From IMG/VR virus record IMGVR_UViG_3300021399_000097: a stretch of 64,000 nucleotides of DNA. One strand, 5' to 3'. This DNA comes from a virus (taxonomy: Duplodnaviria; Heunggongvirae; Uroviricota; Caudoviricetes). Of the stretch, positions 1 through 12,400 are shown in pieces. Under the pieces are notes generated by a model. That model was not told the DNA's origin. It saw only the letters and a list, made by a program, of their open reading frames with translations, and did not search any database. Position 1 is the stretch's first letter. The number at the start of each line of letters is the position of its first letter. The position numbers were made by a program, and so were the translations under genes.

Positions 1-2
1 AT

Positions 3-440
3 TGTGGAACTTTATGGCAATGGAGTGCTTCTAGCCCATATGAAAATGTATGTAATACTTCAAGTTTCTATTGTGGAGTTAATGCTTTAGGAAATGATGG
101 TGCTAATGGATGTGGGTATTATAATATGAATACAGCAAATGGTTATACTGGATTACGGATGAACATTTAGATGTAGGATACAAATAATTTACCTGCTTAT
201 TCTACTTTTGCTAGAAACTTTACGACTTATATTCAATATGGTACAGGTAGTTATACAAATGTTTTGAATGGTTGGTCAACTTTAACTACAAAAACATGGA
301 CTTTAAATCCATAGTCTCCTTATGGTACTGCCGCAATTAGCGGAAGTATTACAAGTGGTAGTAGTGTTGGTATGGGAGTAGCTTCCTCAAATACTTATGG
401 TTTATGGAGATTATGGATTACACAAGCATATTTAACATAA
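3..440 (+). CDS. C-terminal part of a hypothetical Gly/Ser/Thr-rich (probably virion) protein, truncated by the window start
   Basis: Frame open to TAA 438-440 when TAG is read as Gln; followed by a terminator hairpin. Confidence 0.6.
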
Positions 441-442
441 TG

Positions 443-484
443 AAATAAGAGAGAATGTTTTAAACATTCTCTCTTATTTTTTTT
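443..484. terminator. Bidirectional intrinsic terminator
   Basis: Inverted repeat AAATAAGAGAGAATGTTT/AAACATTCTCTCTTATTT plus T-run, between convergent genes. Confidence 0.75.
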
Positions 485-2397
485 CTTAATTTATTATCTA
501 TCTCTAATGCAGCCTAATCCATATCATATTCAACATTTAGATTATGGTTTTTCATTTTTGCCATTGCCAAATATGCTAACCCTGTTGTGTTTTCTCCAAG
601 ATTATTGTAGCTTAAGCCCATAATATAATATGGATAATATGAATTAATGTCATATTTATTACACCAAACAGAACTTTCACATTCAATTAAAGCTGCTTTA
701 CATAATTCAATTGCTTGAATAAAACTTCCATTATTATAATAGATTTCAGCTGCTTGTAGATAATTATCTGTAAATCTTGGATATTTTAATCTACCTTCTC
801 TAAATGCTATAAGCGCATACTCTATAGTTCCTTGGTTAAGATAATATAAGCCAAGCCCTAAATAGCAACGAGCATTTTCAAAATCTTGTAAAGGATTATC
901 TGGATGGTCTAAAATAAAAGCATATTGTTCAAAAGCTTTCTAATCTTCATGCCTAATTTCATATTCAATAGCTAGCTATAAACGCATTACCCAATCATCT
1001 GGATATTCTTTTAGTTGTCTTTCACAAAGTTCCATATAATTAGTATTGCCAGTTTTATGAGGATAATGCCATACTGTAACATCAATAGGAGTACAAGTCT
1101 CTACAAAGAACTGTTTATCCCCTTTGCGGTCAATCAATGCTTCATGGACTACATTAACCCAAGTTTTCCATTCTTTACTATGAAATCTATATTCTGGGAT
1201 TTGGCGCATAATAGTATCACCTTCAACATCTCTATTATACGAATACATCCCTCTATCAAACATTGGTTCCCAGACATTTTTAGCTTTCTAAACCCATCCT
1301 GGTTCTTTGATAATTTCATCTAAATCTGCCATAAAATAAATAACAGTATCTTTTGGAATTAAAGTCATACTTTCATTTCTTGCTTTATCAAATCGCCAAG
1401 GAGTAATTATTTTCTAATCAATAATTAAATTAGAGTATTGTTTTGTAAAATCATTTAATTTTTCCCAAGTCCCATCTGTAGAACCTGTGTCTAACACGCA
1501 ACAATAATCTGCTTCAGTAAAACATTTAACCCATTGCTCAACATCAACAATTTCATCTTTACAAATGGCATAAACCGCAAGTTTTACATAAGAACGAATC
1601 TTCTTCCAATCAAGACTATTCATTCTTTCCATAGCCATTGCTTTACCCATTTCGTAGTAATGTTCTGTATATATTTCTTCTGGATGTTTATACCAGAAGG
1701 TCCAAGGCTTGCGCCCAACATAATGTACAAAATAACAATTCTTATCTAAATCTTTTACTTGTTCTTCTAATACATAAGGAGCAAAGATATCATAATATTT
1801 ATTTAAATGAAGTTCTTTTTTCTCAGGCCAATCTTTAAAATAATAATTTAAAACTTCCTAATCAGCAAAAATATAATCTGGAAGTTCTTCTTCTTTAAGA
1901 TTTCTTCCATAAGTAAGGATATCTTCAAATAATTCATGAGAAGGTTCAATAACAATACATCCACTATTAAAGTGGTCCCAACCCGGCCAGATATTAAAGT
2001 ATTCTCCATCAAGCGCAGAAGTCATGTGCGGTTTATCAAATAAATGGTCAAGATTTTTTAATACCATAATATCGGCATCAAGGAAAACAATTTTATCAAA
2101 TTGAGTCTAATCAAAGATTCTAAACTTGGTCCAACAATCTCGCCAGCAAGCAGCGGTGGCCGCATTGAATCTTAAGTTATGTGCATATATATCATCTGGT
2201 GTTACAATAGTATCAACTAACGAATAAGTTACACCTAACTATCTTAAAATCTCTAAGCATGGTTCAGAGACATTATCTGTAACTAATACATGTAAAGGAT
2301 ATTTTGTTTTTACTCGTGACATACTCTCCACAAGTAAAGCAACTCCATAAGTATAGCTATCATTTGATAGGAATGTAACATAAGAATAATTCTTCAA
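460..2397 (-). CDS. GT8 (glycogenin-like)-GT2-TPR fusion glycosyltransferase, about 645 aa (code 15)
   Basis: ORF fragments 1858-2067, 1414-1650 and 976-1263 are in one frame, joined by TAG. Motifs: YVTFLSNDSY, FLDADIMV, FNSG, AD(TAG=Q)EVLN, HYVGRKPW (GT8); VLDTGSTDGT, FDKARN, DLDE (GT2); helical C-terminus. Confidence 0.85.
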
Positions 2398-2523
2398 TCA
2401 TATCACTCCTTTTGTTTATATTATAACATTTTTTTTCAGAAAAAGCAAGGCCATTTTGTTATAATCAAACTTAAAGGTATTTCATTTCCTATAGAAGATT
2501 TTAGGAAAGAAGGAGGATAATCA

Positions 2524-2706
2524 ATGGGCGTAAAAATGACTTCTACTAATGGACAGATTCAGTATAATGTTGATGAGTTTGTTATTGATACTCCTGAAGA
2601 TTTACAAAAGATTCCTAAAAAAAGTGCAATGGGTAGTGCTGCCCTTTGCCTTTCTGATGGCTCTGTCTGGGTTAAAGGTAGCGACGGATAGTGGAAAGAA
2701 GTATAA
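2524..2706 (+). CDS. Small hypothetical virion-associated protein
   Basis: Strong RBS AAGGAGG; 60 aa with one TAG. Confidence 0.65.
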
Positions 2707-2722
2707 GGAGGATGATTTGTAA

Positions 2723-3091
2723 ATGGATTTGATAACTTATGCTTTAGCGAAAAAATATATAAAAGCTTCCTTGGCCGGTGCGGGCGCATTAAAAGGGGAT
2801 AAAGGCGACCCCGGTAAATCTGCCTACTAGATTGCTGTAGATAACGGCTACTCTGGGTCAGAGCAAGAATGGATTTCTGGGTTAGCCGGCACACCAGGTG
2901 AGACTCCGCATATTGGTAGCAATGGTAATTGGTTTATTGGTGCTATTGATACTAATGTCAAAGCTGGTGGAGTTACTAGTTATAATGATTTAACCGATAA
3001 ACCAACCCTTAATGGGGATGTTATTGAAGGAGATATGGAAATTTAGTCTATACCTATTTCAATAATTGAAAATCTTTTTGAAAAGGAGTAA
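2723..3091 (+). CDS. Collagen-like tail-fibre-associated protein
   Basis: KGDKGDPGKSAY(TAG)IAVDNGYSGSEQEW and TPHIGSNGNW motifs typical of phage fibre proteins. Confidence 0.75.
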
Positions 3092-3096
3092 ATTAA

Positions 3097-4446
3097 ATGG
3101 CTACAAAGTATTATTTAGACCAACCTGGTCTTGAGCGTCTTGTTGAGTATATCAACAATTCTCTTAGCAATAAGGCAAATGTTGGCGATATGCCTGAGAA
3201 CGTTGTAGTAAAGGCAGACCTTGATGAGTATGCCAAGAAAAGTGATATTCCTGAAGGACAAGACTTAAGTGGTTATGCTACAAAAACTGATTTAGAAGAC
3301 TATGCAACTGAAGCTGCATTAAATGAACTTGAAGGTAAAGTTACTGGTGTTTATCATTTCCGTGGCACTGTTGCTGACCTTGAAGCTCTTCAAGCAATTG
3401 AGAATCCAGCAGAAGGCGATGTATATAACATTGAGTCTACTGGAATGAACGCTGCTTGGACTGGTGAAATGTGGGATGAGTTCGGCACTACTGTTGATTT
3501 AAGTGATTATTTACTTATTGAAGACGTACAGGCTATGAGCATTCCTACTGTTGATTCTATTCTTTATGGCGGAGCTTCCGCAGTTGTTTCTGATGCTAGT
3601 GGCATTGCTGCTATGGTTGCCAATAGCGAACCAGAAGTTGAGATTGTTTTAAATAAGAATCTTAACAATGCTGAAATGATTTCTGTACCTGCTGGCAAGA
3701 AAGTTACTCTTGACCTTGGCGGCAACAAGATTAGTGGTAGTAGCTGGTTAGTTAACTGCGCTGGCGGCGAAGTTACATTAAAAAATGGTGAAATTGAAAG
3801 TAGCGCACGTCCTGTCTATGTTTCTTCTGGTAAAGTTACTATTGATGGCGCAACTGTTGTGAGTAAGAATGATGTTGCTATCAATGCATCTGGCGCAGGT
3901 GCTGAAGTTGTTATTGAAAGCGGTAAAGTTGAAGCACAAGAATCTGGTGTTCTTGTTACTTCTGGTGCAAGCGTTGTCGTTAATGGCGGTGAAATTGAAT
4001 GCACTGATAACTGCCCTCTCCAAGGTAATGGTACTAAGGGACAAGGTAATGTTAACATCGTTATGAACGGTGGTAAGTTAATTGCTCATATCACTACTGC
4101 TGGTTATATCGCTTGCGGTGTTTACATGCCTAATGATGGTGTCTTTACTATGAACGGTGGCGAGATTGTCTCTGATGGTGCTGGTGTTGTTATGCGTGGC
4201 GGTGAAGTCAATCTTAATGGTGGTTCTATTGCTGCTAATGGTGCTACTGGCGTGACTGGTAAAGTTGGCGATTCTCGTGTTGTTGTTGGACCTTATGCTG
4301 TTGTTTATGATAGTAATAGTAAGTATCCAGCAAAAGATAGTTTACAATTAACTATTGGTGCTGGTATGAGTTTGACTGGTACTGATGGAGACATTCAAGA
4401 AGTCCTTGAAGACGGAACAAGCGCAAATATTATTGATAACAGATAA
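3097..4446 (+). CDS. Putative virion structural protein with a beta-helix-like C-terminus
   Basis: 449-aa ORF; DLSGYATK repeats, YHFRGTV..EGDVYN motif, NGGxI repeats. Confidence 0.7.
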   Translation: MATKYYLDQPGLERLVEYINNSLSNKANVGDMPENVVVKADLDEYAKKSDIPEGQDLSGYATKTDLEDYATEAALNELEGKVTGVYHFRGTVADLEALQAIENPAEGDVYNIESTGMNAAWTGEMWDEFGTTVDLSDYLLIEDVQAMSIPTVDSILYGGASAVVSDASGIAAMVANSEPEVEIVLNKNLNNAEMISVPAGKKVTLDLGGNKISGSSWLVNCAGGEVTLKNGEIESSARPVYVSSGKVTIDGATVVSKNDVAINASGAGAEVVIESGKVEAQESGVLVTSGASVVVNGGEIECTDNCPLQGNGTKGQGNVNIVMNGGKLIAHITTAGYIACGVYMPNDGVFTMNGGEIVSDGAGVVMRGGEVNLNGGSIAANGATGVTGKVGDSRVVVGPYAVVYDSNSKYPAKDSLQLTIGAGMSLTGTDGDIQEVLEDGTSANIIDNR

Positions 4447-4560
4447 ATTAAGAAAATTATTAAAGCCTGATCTAACAACAAAAGAATTATTTGAAAAAAT
4501 GATTCAAACAAGTAAAAAAAAGAAATAATTATTTTTGTGAAAGGAGTTGAAAAATAAATA

Positions 4561-4773
4561 ATGGCTGACAAGCAATATTTAGATGCTGAAGGTTTGCAGC
4601 GTTTAAAAGCATATATTGATGATCAAATTATCCCTTTACAAGCGGCTATTAATTTATTATATGGAAATAATGAAACTCCTGGATCTATCCAGTCAATGAT
4701 AGATAATGCTATCAATGATATAACACATGTTTATGGTGGTAAAGCCCCATCAGAAAGTGAGGTAGCCCCATGA
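4561..4773 (+). CDS. Small hypothetical virion protein
   Basis: RBS; N-terminus (QYLDAEGLQRL) resembles that of the 3097 gene. Confidence 0.65.
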   Translation: MADKQYLDAEGLQRLKAYIDDQIIPLQAAINLLYGNNETPGSIQSMIDNAINDITHVYGGKAPSESEVAP

Positions 4774-5285
4774 ATATTTTAAATGCTGTTATTTAGCTAC
4801 GTCGTGATAATGATTATAACTATGATAAAGTAAAAAATAGTTTTATTCCTGCTAATGGCGAAGTAGTTTTAGTAGATACCGCACGAGATGGCTTAAGAGC
4901 AAAAGTTGGCAATGGATATTCCACTTACGCAGAATTAAACTTTACAGATGCTGATTTACGAAATACTGTTTTACATGGGTATTATGATAATAATATCTTT
5001 TATTTTGATATTCAACATAATACTCCAATGACAGGAATGATAAATAAAATCTATATTGATGATGCTAAAAGAAAATTATATTTCTTTGATGGTACAGATT
5101 ATGTAACTATCTAGGATACATTAGTAACTGCTTCTGCCGATACTCCAGGTATGGTAAAATTATATGGTACTACTGGATATAATACTGATGGTACTATGAC
5201 ATAGAAAGCAATTACTGATGAATTAGACTTACGATACAAAGCTAGTATTGATAGCGATGATGAATTATTAGTTTTTTCATTTTAA
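4770..5285 (+). CDS. Tail-fibre N-terminal (hyaluronidase/Mtd-N-like) domain protein
   Basis: I(TAG)LRRD...FIPANGEVVLVD...KVGNGYSTYAEL; GMVKLY motif; open only with TAG=Gln. Confidence 0.7.
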
Positions 5286-5299
5286 GGAGGAAATAAAAA

Positions 5300-6571
5300 A
5301 TGGCTCAAACTTATGTTAATACTCCCGTACTTTCTAAAGTAAAGTTCGGTAATAGTACATATTATTTAAAAGATGCTGATGTCCGTGCCATTCTTGACAC
5401 TTTTGGTGATATCGTAACTGAAAATAAAGCAGTTAAAATTGAAAATGGTGCTACTGGTATTCCCAATGCTGACCAAGTTTATGATTTCGTCGTACAACAG
5501 GTAACTGAAGTTGGTAAAGCTCTTAATCTTATTGATGCTACTGACCATACTACTGTCACTGAACCTCGTGTTGGTGACTTTGTTGTTGAATCTGATGGTT
5601 CTGAATGGGTTTATGATGGTAAGGGTTGGCGTGAAGTTGGTACTGAAAATGCTTATGTAAAGAAGACCTTCACAATCGCTGGCATTGATATGCAGGACAA
5701 CATTACTGTTGCTGAATTAAAATAGGCTCTTGAACTTAAAGCTCTTGCCTTCAAAGACAGCGGTAGTGTTAAAGTAACTACTATTGATGAGTTTAATAGT
5801 TTTAGCACTGGTAAAGCAGGCGAATATAGTGTTTCTTCTACCCCTGTGTCTGTCCCTGCTACATATAAGGCACTTGATGTAACTCCTGCTGGTTCTGTTG
5901 AACTTACTGCTGGTACTGCCGCAGCTGCTTCTTATGATAAGACCACTGGTGTTACTGTTGCTACTGCTGCTCCTGCCGATGGTCAATCTGCAACTTATAC
6001 TCCTGCTGGTAAAGTTACTGTGACTAATGTTACTGTTACTCCTGACAATGTCTCTGTTGCTAAAGTTACTAGTGCTGGTGAAGCATATCAACTTACTGCA
6101 GGTAATGCTGTAAAGGCTGCTGACACCAAGAGCGCATTTGCTACTGAAGGTGTTGTTGCTTCTGTTGGTACAGGTGACGATGCTGAAACTTTAATCTTTA
6201 CTACTGCTGGAACTGCTGATGCTGTTACTGCTGCTGGTGATGTTACTTATACTGCTCCACAGTTAACTGGTTCTCTTCCAACATTTGATACTGAATCCGT
6301 TGTTAAAGGTATTTCTAGTGCAAGCGCAGATGCTTCCTTCTCTGGTACTGGTGTTATGATTAACGCAACACCTACTTACACTGCTTCTGATGCTACTATG
6401 ACTCAGCCTACATTCACTGCAGCATTTGAGGGTACTGCTAAAACTGTTACTCCTGCTGTTGCTACGACTGTTAATGCAGCTGGTACTGATGGTAGTGTTA
6501 CTGTTGCTAGTGAAAGCATTACTCCTTCTGCAACAAGCACTGAAAAGACCATTAACGTGGCATTTGCATAA
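5300..6571 (+). CDS. Thr/Ala-rich virion structural protein, 423 aa
   Basis: ORFs 5300-5725 and 5846-6571 are in frame across a single TAG; followed by a terminator. Confidence 0.75.
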
Positions 6572-6647
6572 TTTCTTGAAAAGATAGAAATTGATATATA
6601 AAAAACAAATTATAAAACTTTGAAACGATAAGGGATATAATTTTTTC

Positions 6648-6684
6648 TCGGGTAGGGATAATTATATCCCTACCCGTTTTTTTA
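6648..6684 (+). terminator. Intrinsic terminator
   Basis: CGGGTAGGGATA/TATCCCTACCCG stem plus T-run. Confidence 0.75.
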
Positions 6685-6699
6685 TTTTGGTGATTCTAT

Positions 6700-6930
6700 A
6701 TGGTAAAAGAACAAACATTTATTAAAAAAGATATTGCACAAAATTGGGATAAAGCAAAGAACTTTATACCAAAAGAAAATGAAGTAATCATTTATACTGA
6801 TTTAAATAAAAAGAAAATTGGGAACGGAAAAGATAAGTTAAACGACCTCCCATTTGTTAGTTTAGAGTTTTATTCAGTAGATGGAACAACATTAATCATC
6901 AACTCTGAAAAAATTGAAAGGGGAGATTAA
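6700..6930 (+). CDS. Small tail-fibre-like (Mtd-N-like) protein
   Basis: FIPKENEVIIYTD..KKIGNG..LNDLPF motif. Confidence 0.6.
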   Translation: MVKEQTFIKKDIAQNWDKAKNFIPKENEVIIYTDLNKKKIGNGKDKLNDLPFVSLEFYSVDGTTLIINSEKIERGD

Positions 6931-6932
6931 TT

Positions 6933-8384
6933 TTGGCAGATATATCAAAAATTAAATTAAATGGTGTTGAATATGATATTAAAGATACTATTGCCCGTAA
7001 TATGATATCTCCGCCTCCTGCCACTGAAACAACTGATGGATTATTATCTGCAGATGATAAACGATTATTAAATAGTTTAAATCCTAATATTGCAAAAACA
7101 ATTTCTAATCTTAATGCTTCGGAATTTGGTATTATAAATGCTAAATAGGATAATGCTTTAGAACTAGTTATGGCAGTAGAACCTACTATTTCACAGCAGA
7201 TTCGTACAATTAATTTATTAGATGTTAATAGCTATACGCCAAACTTTTATATTGGCTCAAATGGACAACTCGCAAGTAATACTAATGACCATGTAAGTGA
7301 TTTTATTCCAGTATCACCTGGTGATAATATTTATTATACTGGTATAATTGGACCTACTAATTCAGGTAGTATTAACCGTCGTCTTCATGTATATACTGCT
7401 AATTAGACTTGGATTAAATAGTTAAATTTTGCAGGTAATTTAAAAGTAGGAAATAACTGGAGTACTAATGGAGTTATTCCTGCTAATGGAGCATATGTAA
7501 GAGTATCTTGGGGTGTTGAGGATACTAATGTAATGATTACAATTGGGGCACCAGATAAATACTATCCTTATTATATGACACCTTTTACTACTACAACTTC
7601 TGTTAGTTTTAAAGTTGGACATACTAATGATCCAGAAGATGCTACAACTTATACATTTAATGTACCTGCGGCCGCAGGAAGTTTATATGGTTTAGAGTTT
7701 GACCCTATTAAAGGAAAATTATGGAAAGTAACAGAGCATATAGCATCTTATAATGGCGAAACTTTACCAGGTCATTGGTTATCAGATAGAGATACTTATC
7801 TTGAAGGGACCACTCCATAGACTGGCGCAGAAGTAATATATCGGCTTGCTGATGAAGATATAGTTGAATATGATTGTACCCCAATGGTTATTCCATTAAA
7901 TTATCATGAGAACTATTTCTTTATAGAAAATGGAATGTTTATAGAATTAAGTTATTATGCTGCTACATTAGCAGTAGATCATTTAACGATTTATTCTGGT
8001 GCTACTTTTGGAGAAACTAATATATTAGAAACCGATGTAATTGGATGGAATAAAGCAGCAGAATTAATTGATACTAAGGCTGATTTAGTTGGGGCACAAT
8101 TAACAGGAAATGTAACTGCTCCAACATTAGGTATTGCTGCTAACTCTGATAGAATTGCAACAACAGCATTCGTTCAATCAATGTTACATACATTAGCTCC
8201 ATTTGAAACAACTGCAAAAGCAAGTAAGAATTATGAGGTTGGAGAATATTTGACGCATGCTGGTAATTTATATAAAGTTACTGCGGCAATCGCTAAAAAC
8301 GCAAATTTAGCAGTAGGTACTAATATTGAAGCAACTGATGTAGCTGCTGAGTTAAATTTATTACGCTCTTTGATTTAGTCATAA
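6933..8384 (+). CDS. Tail fibre protein
   Basis: Four in-frame ORF fragments joined by TAG; DGLLSADDK and TAPT..NSDRIATTAFVQ fibre motifs. Confidence 0.75.
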
Positions 8385-8398
8385 GGAGGATTTAAAAA

Positions 8399-8695
8399 AT
8401 GAAAAGACAAATTTTTGAAGTTCATAAAAAAGTATTAGGTGCGAGTGTGGGTGGATATGTCCCTATGGCTTCTGGTTATCCAAAGGTATTTGATTCTCAT
8501 GCTGCAGCATATGCAGATAATATTGAAGCCGCAAAGATTGCAGCAACAGGCGCTTTTGCTACTGCTTGGGCAGAAATCTGTAATACAGCCTCAATTCGTG
8601 ATATGCAAGTAGTTATTTTAATGACTGCCGATGGATTTATTCTTGATAAAAAAGTAATCGGAGAAATCCCTGATATTCCCGATGAAGATTCTTAA
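8399..8695 (+). CDS. Hypothetical protein
   Basis: RBS AAGGAGG; 98-aa ORF. Confidence 0.65.
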   Translation: MKRQIFEVHKKVLGASVGGYVPMASGYPKVFDSHAAAYADNIEAAKIAATGAFATAWAEICNTASIRDMQVVILMTADGFILDKKVIGEIPDIPDEDS

Positions 8696-8700
8696 TACAA

Positions 8701-9426
8701 ATGATTTATTCATTTAAAAAAATTGACAAACAAAATAATTAGTTAGTAATTGATTCTTCTGGTATTAATGATGGCTATTTTTTTGCGGCAGTTGCGCATA
8801 GAACTCCTAAACGATTAAAGTTAAGGATAATTAAACAAGATAAAATGGCAACTTTTGATTTAAAAAATGATGGGCAACCTGAGATTTTCCCTTTACAATT
8901 TGGAGATGGGATGTATTAGATTGTTCTATATTAGAATGTTGTTGGTAATAGATATACTACTGCTGGAACCATTTACTTAGATGTTAAATTAAAAGATGAG
9001 AATGCTTGTTATTTAATGCCAAATCAATATGTTAATTATCATGAAAATAAAGAACTTATTCAATTAACTCAATAGTTATGTTAGAACAAAACAAAAAATG
9101 AAAGTTATAAAGAAATAAGATAGTACATAAAAGAACATTTTATTTATGATTATATTAAAGCTACAACTGTAAAAGATGGAATATTACCAGATATAAAAAG
9201 AACTATGCAAAGACATTGTGGCATTTGTTATGATTTAGCTGCGATGGCTACGGCAATGTTGCGTATTATGGGTATTCCAACTAAAATGGTTATTGGATAT
9301 GCTGATAATCAATATCATGCTTGGGTTGAAATAATTAATGGAGATAAAAGTATTATTTATGACCCAACAGTTGATATAGCTGGTATAATGAAAGTAAAAA
9401 AATATACTGCCGAAAGGTATTACTGA
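8701..9426 (+). CDS. Transglutaminase-like (Cys-His-Asp) domain protein
   Basis: GICYDLA...HAWVEI...YDPT; N-terminal part open only with TAG=Gln. Confidence 0.75.
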
Positions 9427-9440
9427 GAAAGGAGATACAA

Positions 9441-12400
9441 ATGGCAGACCTTTCTAAAATTAAATTAAATGGAAATGAATATAATTTAAAAGATAGTATT
9501 ACTCGCGAGTTATTAGAAACAAAAAGTAATAAAGTTGAAATATATAATACTATAACTCCTGACAGTTATTAGTATGGTATGTTTGATACTTGGAACTCTG
9601 GCAGTCCTACTGTATCAACCGCTATATATCCTGTGACTCCTGGTAATACTTATTATATTACAACTACTCGTAATTCAAGTGGTCGTGCGTTTTATATTTG
9701 GCTAAACTCTAACAAAGCAAACCTAGGCTCTTGGGAAGGTGCGGGAACTGGTAATGAAACAGTAGTTGACTATGAAGCTACTGCGCCAGACGGTGCTGCA
9801 TTTGTAAAAGTAATCAATGCTACTTTAAAACCCGATATGGTTGTTAAAGAAAAAGTATTGCAAGACCATTATGATATAAATAATGAAGAAGAATTAGATT
9901 TCTATAAAGGAGCTCCTTTAACAGCTGAACTTGAAACTGGTTGGATGAGCGTTAATTATACTGTTAATGGGACTAATTCATATCATAAAAAATATATGGT
10001 ATCTCCCAAAAATACTTCTTATTATTATTTCTCTGGTAAAAATAGTGGGTCAGGGCAATTATATCCAGCAATTATTTTCTTTGACGCTAATCATAAATAT
10101 GTAGGTAGCGCAGGAAATGACCCAGCAGAGGGATATATTGAGAATAGGTTAATAAAAATACCAGAAGGAACAAGTGAAATCGTTGTTAACTCTGGCTATC
10201 CAACTAAATTAGAATTGCGCGAAACTTTAATTGATTGTCCTTATGACTACAATGCGGCTCGCGCACTTATTAGTGAATACAATTTAACTTTACCAACTAC
10301 TTTTGACAAACCTTATGTTACTTTTGTAGTAGATGACTGGTCTGATGATGGAGATTCTATTGCTTCTATTTTTGAGCAAAAGAATATGCCATTATGCGCT
10401 GCTCCTATTTATTTCAATCTTGATAAACCTATGAATGGATTAAGTGAAACAAGGGGTAGTTTCACACCAGGTATGACCGCACGTCAATGTTTATTAAAGG
10501 TTGTAGAAAATGGCGGCGAAATCTTAGCGCATAATTCTGGTTATATTAAGAAAGAAAATTATTAGGATAAGCATTTTCTTTATGACCATTTTATCAATGC
10601 TAAAGTTGTTTTAGAGAATGAATTAAATGTTACAATTGATGGTATAGTTCGCGCAGGCGGTGAAGTTGACTAGTATGAACCAGAAGATGAAACAGCTTTA
10701 GTTTGGACTATTGCTAATTATAAATATTCTAATAATAGTCAAAAAGATTGGTATAATCTTGAACGATATACTGTAAATCAAGATATTGCGGCTATTAAAA
10801 GTTTAATTGATGATGCTGTTGCTAATAACTCTTGGATTCGTTTTATGTGCCATAATTATGGATTTGGTAATGGCACTACTTTCACTGGTGAGGCTGATTT
10901 ATTAGAAATCCTTAATTATTGCGAAAGTGTTGGAATTACTGTTGTTACTGAACGATATATGTATAATAAGTTTTCTGGCAATAGGATATTAACAGAAAAT
11001 GATGTACTTGATATAGCGCCATAGTCTGATTGGCTGGCTACTACTGGGAATGCGGCAATTCTAAATAAACCATCTGTTTATGCTGGCTCAGCCTATTATG
11101 CAGTTGTTGCTGGAATGGGGAATAAAGCCACTGATATGTTTGCTCTTGCTACAGGGACTATGACTACAGCATCAGGGCAAGGGGCGCATACCGAAGGATA
11201 TTAGACAACTGCTTCAGCAAATAGCGCACATGCTGAAGGGGGTAATACTTTTGCTGGAAACACATATGCCCATGCAGAAGGAGCCAGTACTACAGCAAAT
11301 GGATATGGTTCACATGCAGAAGGATATAAAACTATTACCTTCAGTGATTATGCTCATGCTGAAGGGATGCAGACTTTTGCCAGTGGATATGGTGCACATG
11401 CTGAAGGTTATTCCACAACAGCAAGTGGAGCTAATTCTCACGCCAGTGGGCTCCAAACAATTGCTGCAGCAACAGCCTCCCATGCCGAAGGGGGTGGCAC
11501 TTAGGCAACTGGAAGTTATTCTCATGCAGAAGGCAGTGGTGCTTAGGCGATTGGTAATTAGTCCCATGCTGAAGGTGGTGGGACTTATGCAAGCGGTGAT
11601 TAGGCCCATGCTGAAGGCGGTAGTACGCGTGCTTCAGGACAAAATTCTCATGCTGAAGGTGGTGGCACTTAGGCAATTGGAATAGTGGCACATGCTGAAG
11701 GTGGCAGCACTGTTGCTTTAGGAGATAATTCTCATGCTGAAGGCATTTCTACTACAGCGAGTGGATACGCTTCTCATGCTAGTGGGTTCAAGACAATTGC
11801 GGCAGCAACTGCATCCCATGCAGAAGGTAATTTGACACAAGCTATTGGTGATTACTCTCATGCAGAAGGGATAAGTACTTAGGCAAACGGTAAAGATTCT
11901 CACGCTGAAGGTGGCGGTTCTATTGCTTCTGGAATTGCTTCCCATGCAGAAGGGTATGGTACTTAGGCAAAAGCATATGCTTCTCATACAGAAGGCGGTA
12001 ATACGATTGCTTCTGGCGGTTAGGCTCATGCTGAAGGTGGTTTTACTTAGGCAATTGGAACCTATTCTCATGCAGAAGGTTATAAGAGTTATGCAATTGG
12101 AACCAATTCTCATGCAGAAGGTAACAGTACTACGGCGAGTGGATATGCTTCTCATGCTAGTGGAGTTAAAACATTTGCAGCAGCAACTGCAGCGCATGCA
12201 GAAGGCCATTCCACAACAGCAAGTGGAGCCCATTCTCACTCAGAGGGCAGTAATACTTAGGCGATTGGAACCAATTCTCATACTGAAGGCAGTAATACTT
12301 AGGCAAGTGGAGCCGCTTCTCATACAGAAGGCAATAGTACTATTGCCTCTGGCAATTGGTCTCATGCAGAAGGCATGGGTACTTATGCAATTGAAACAAG

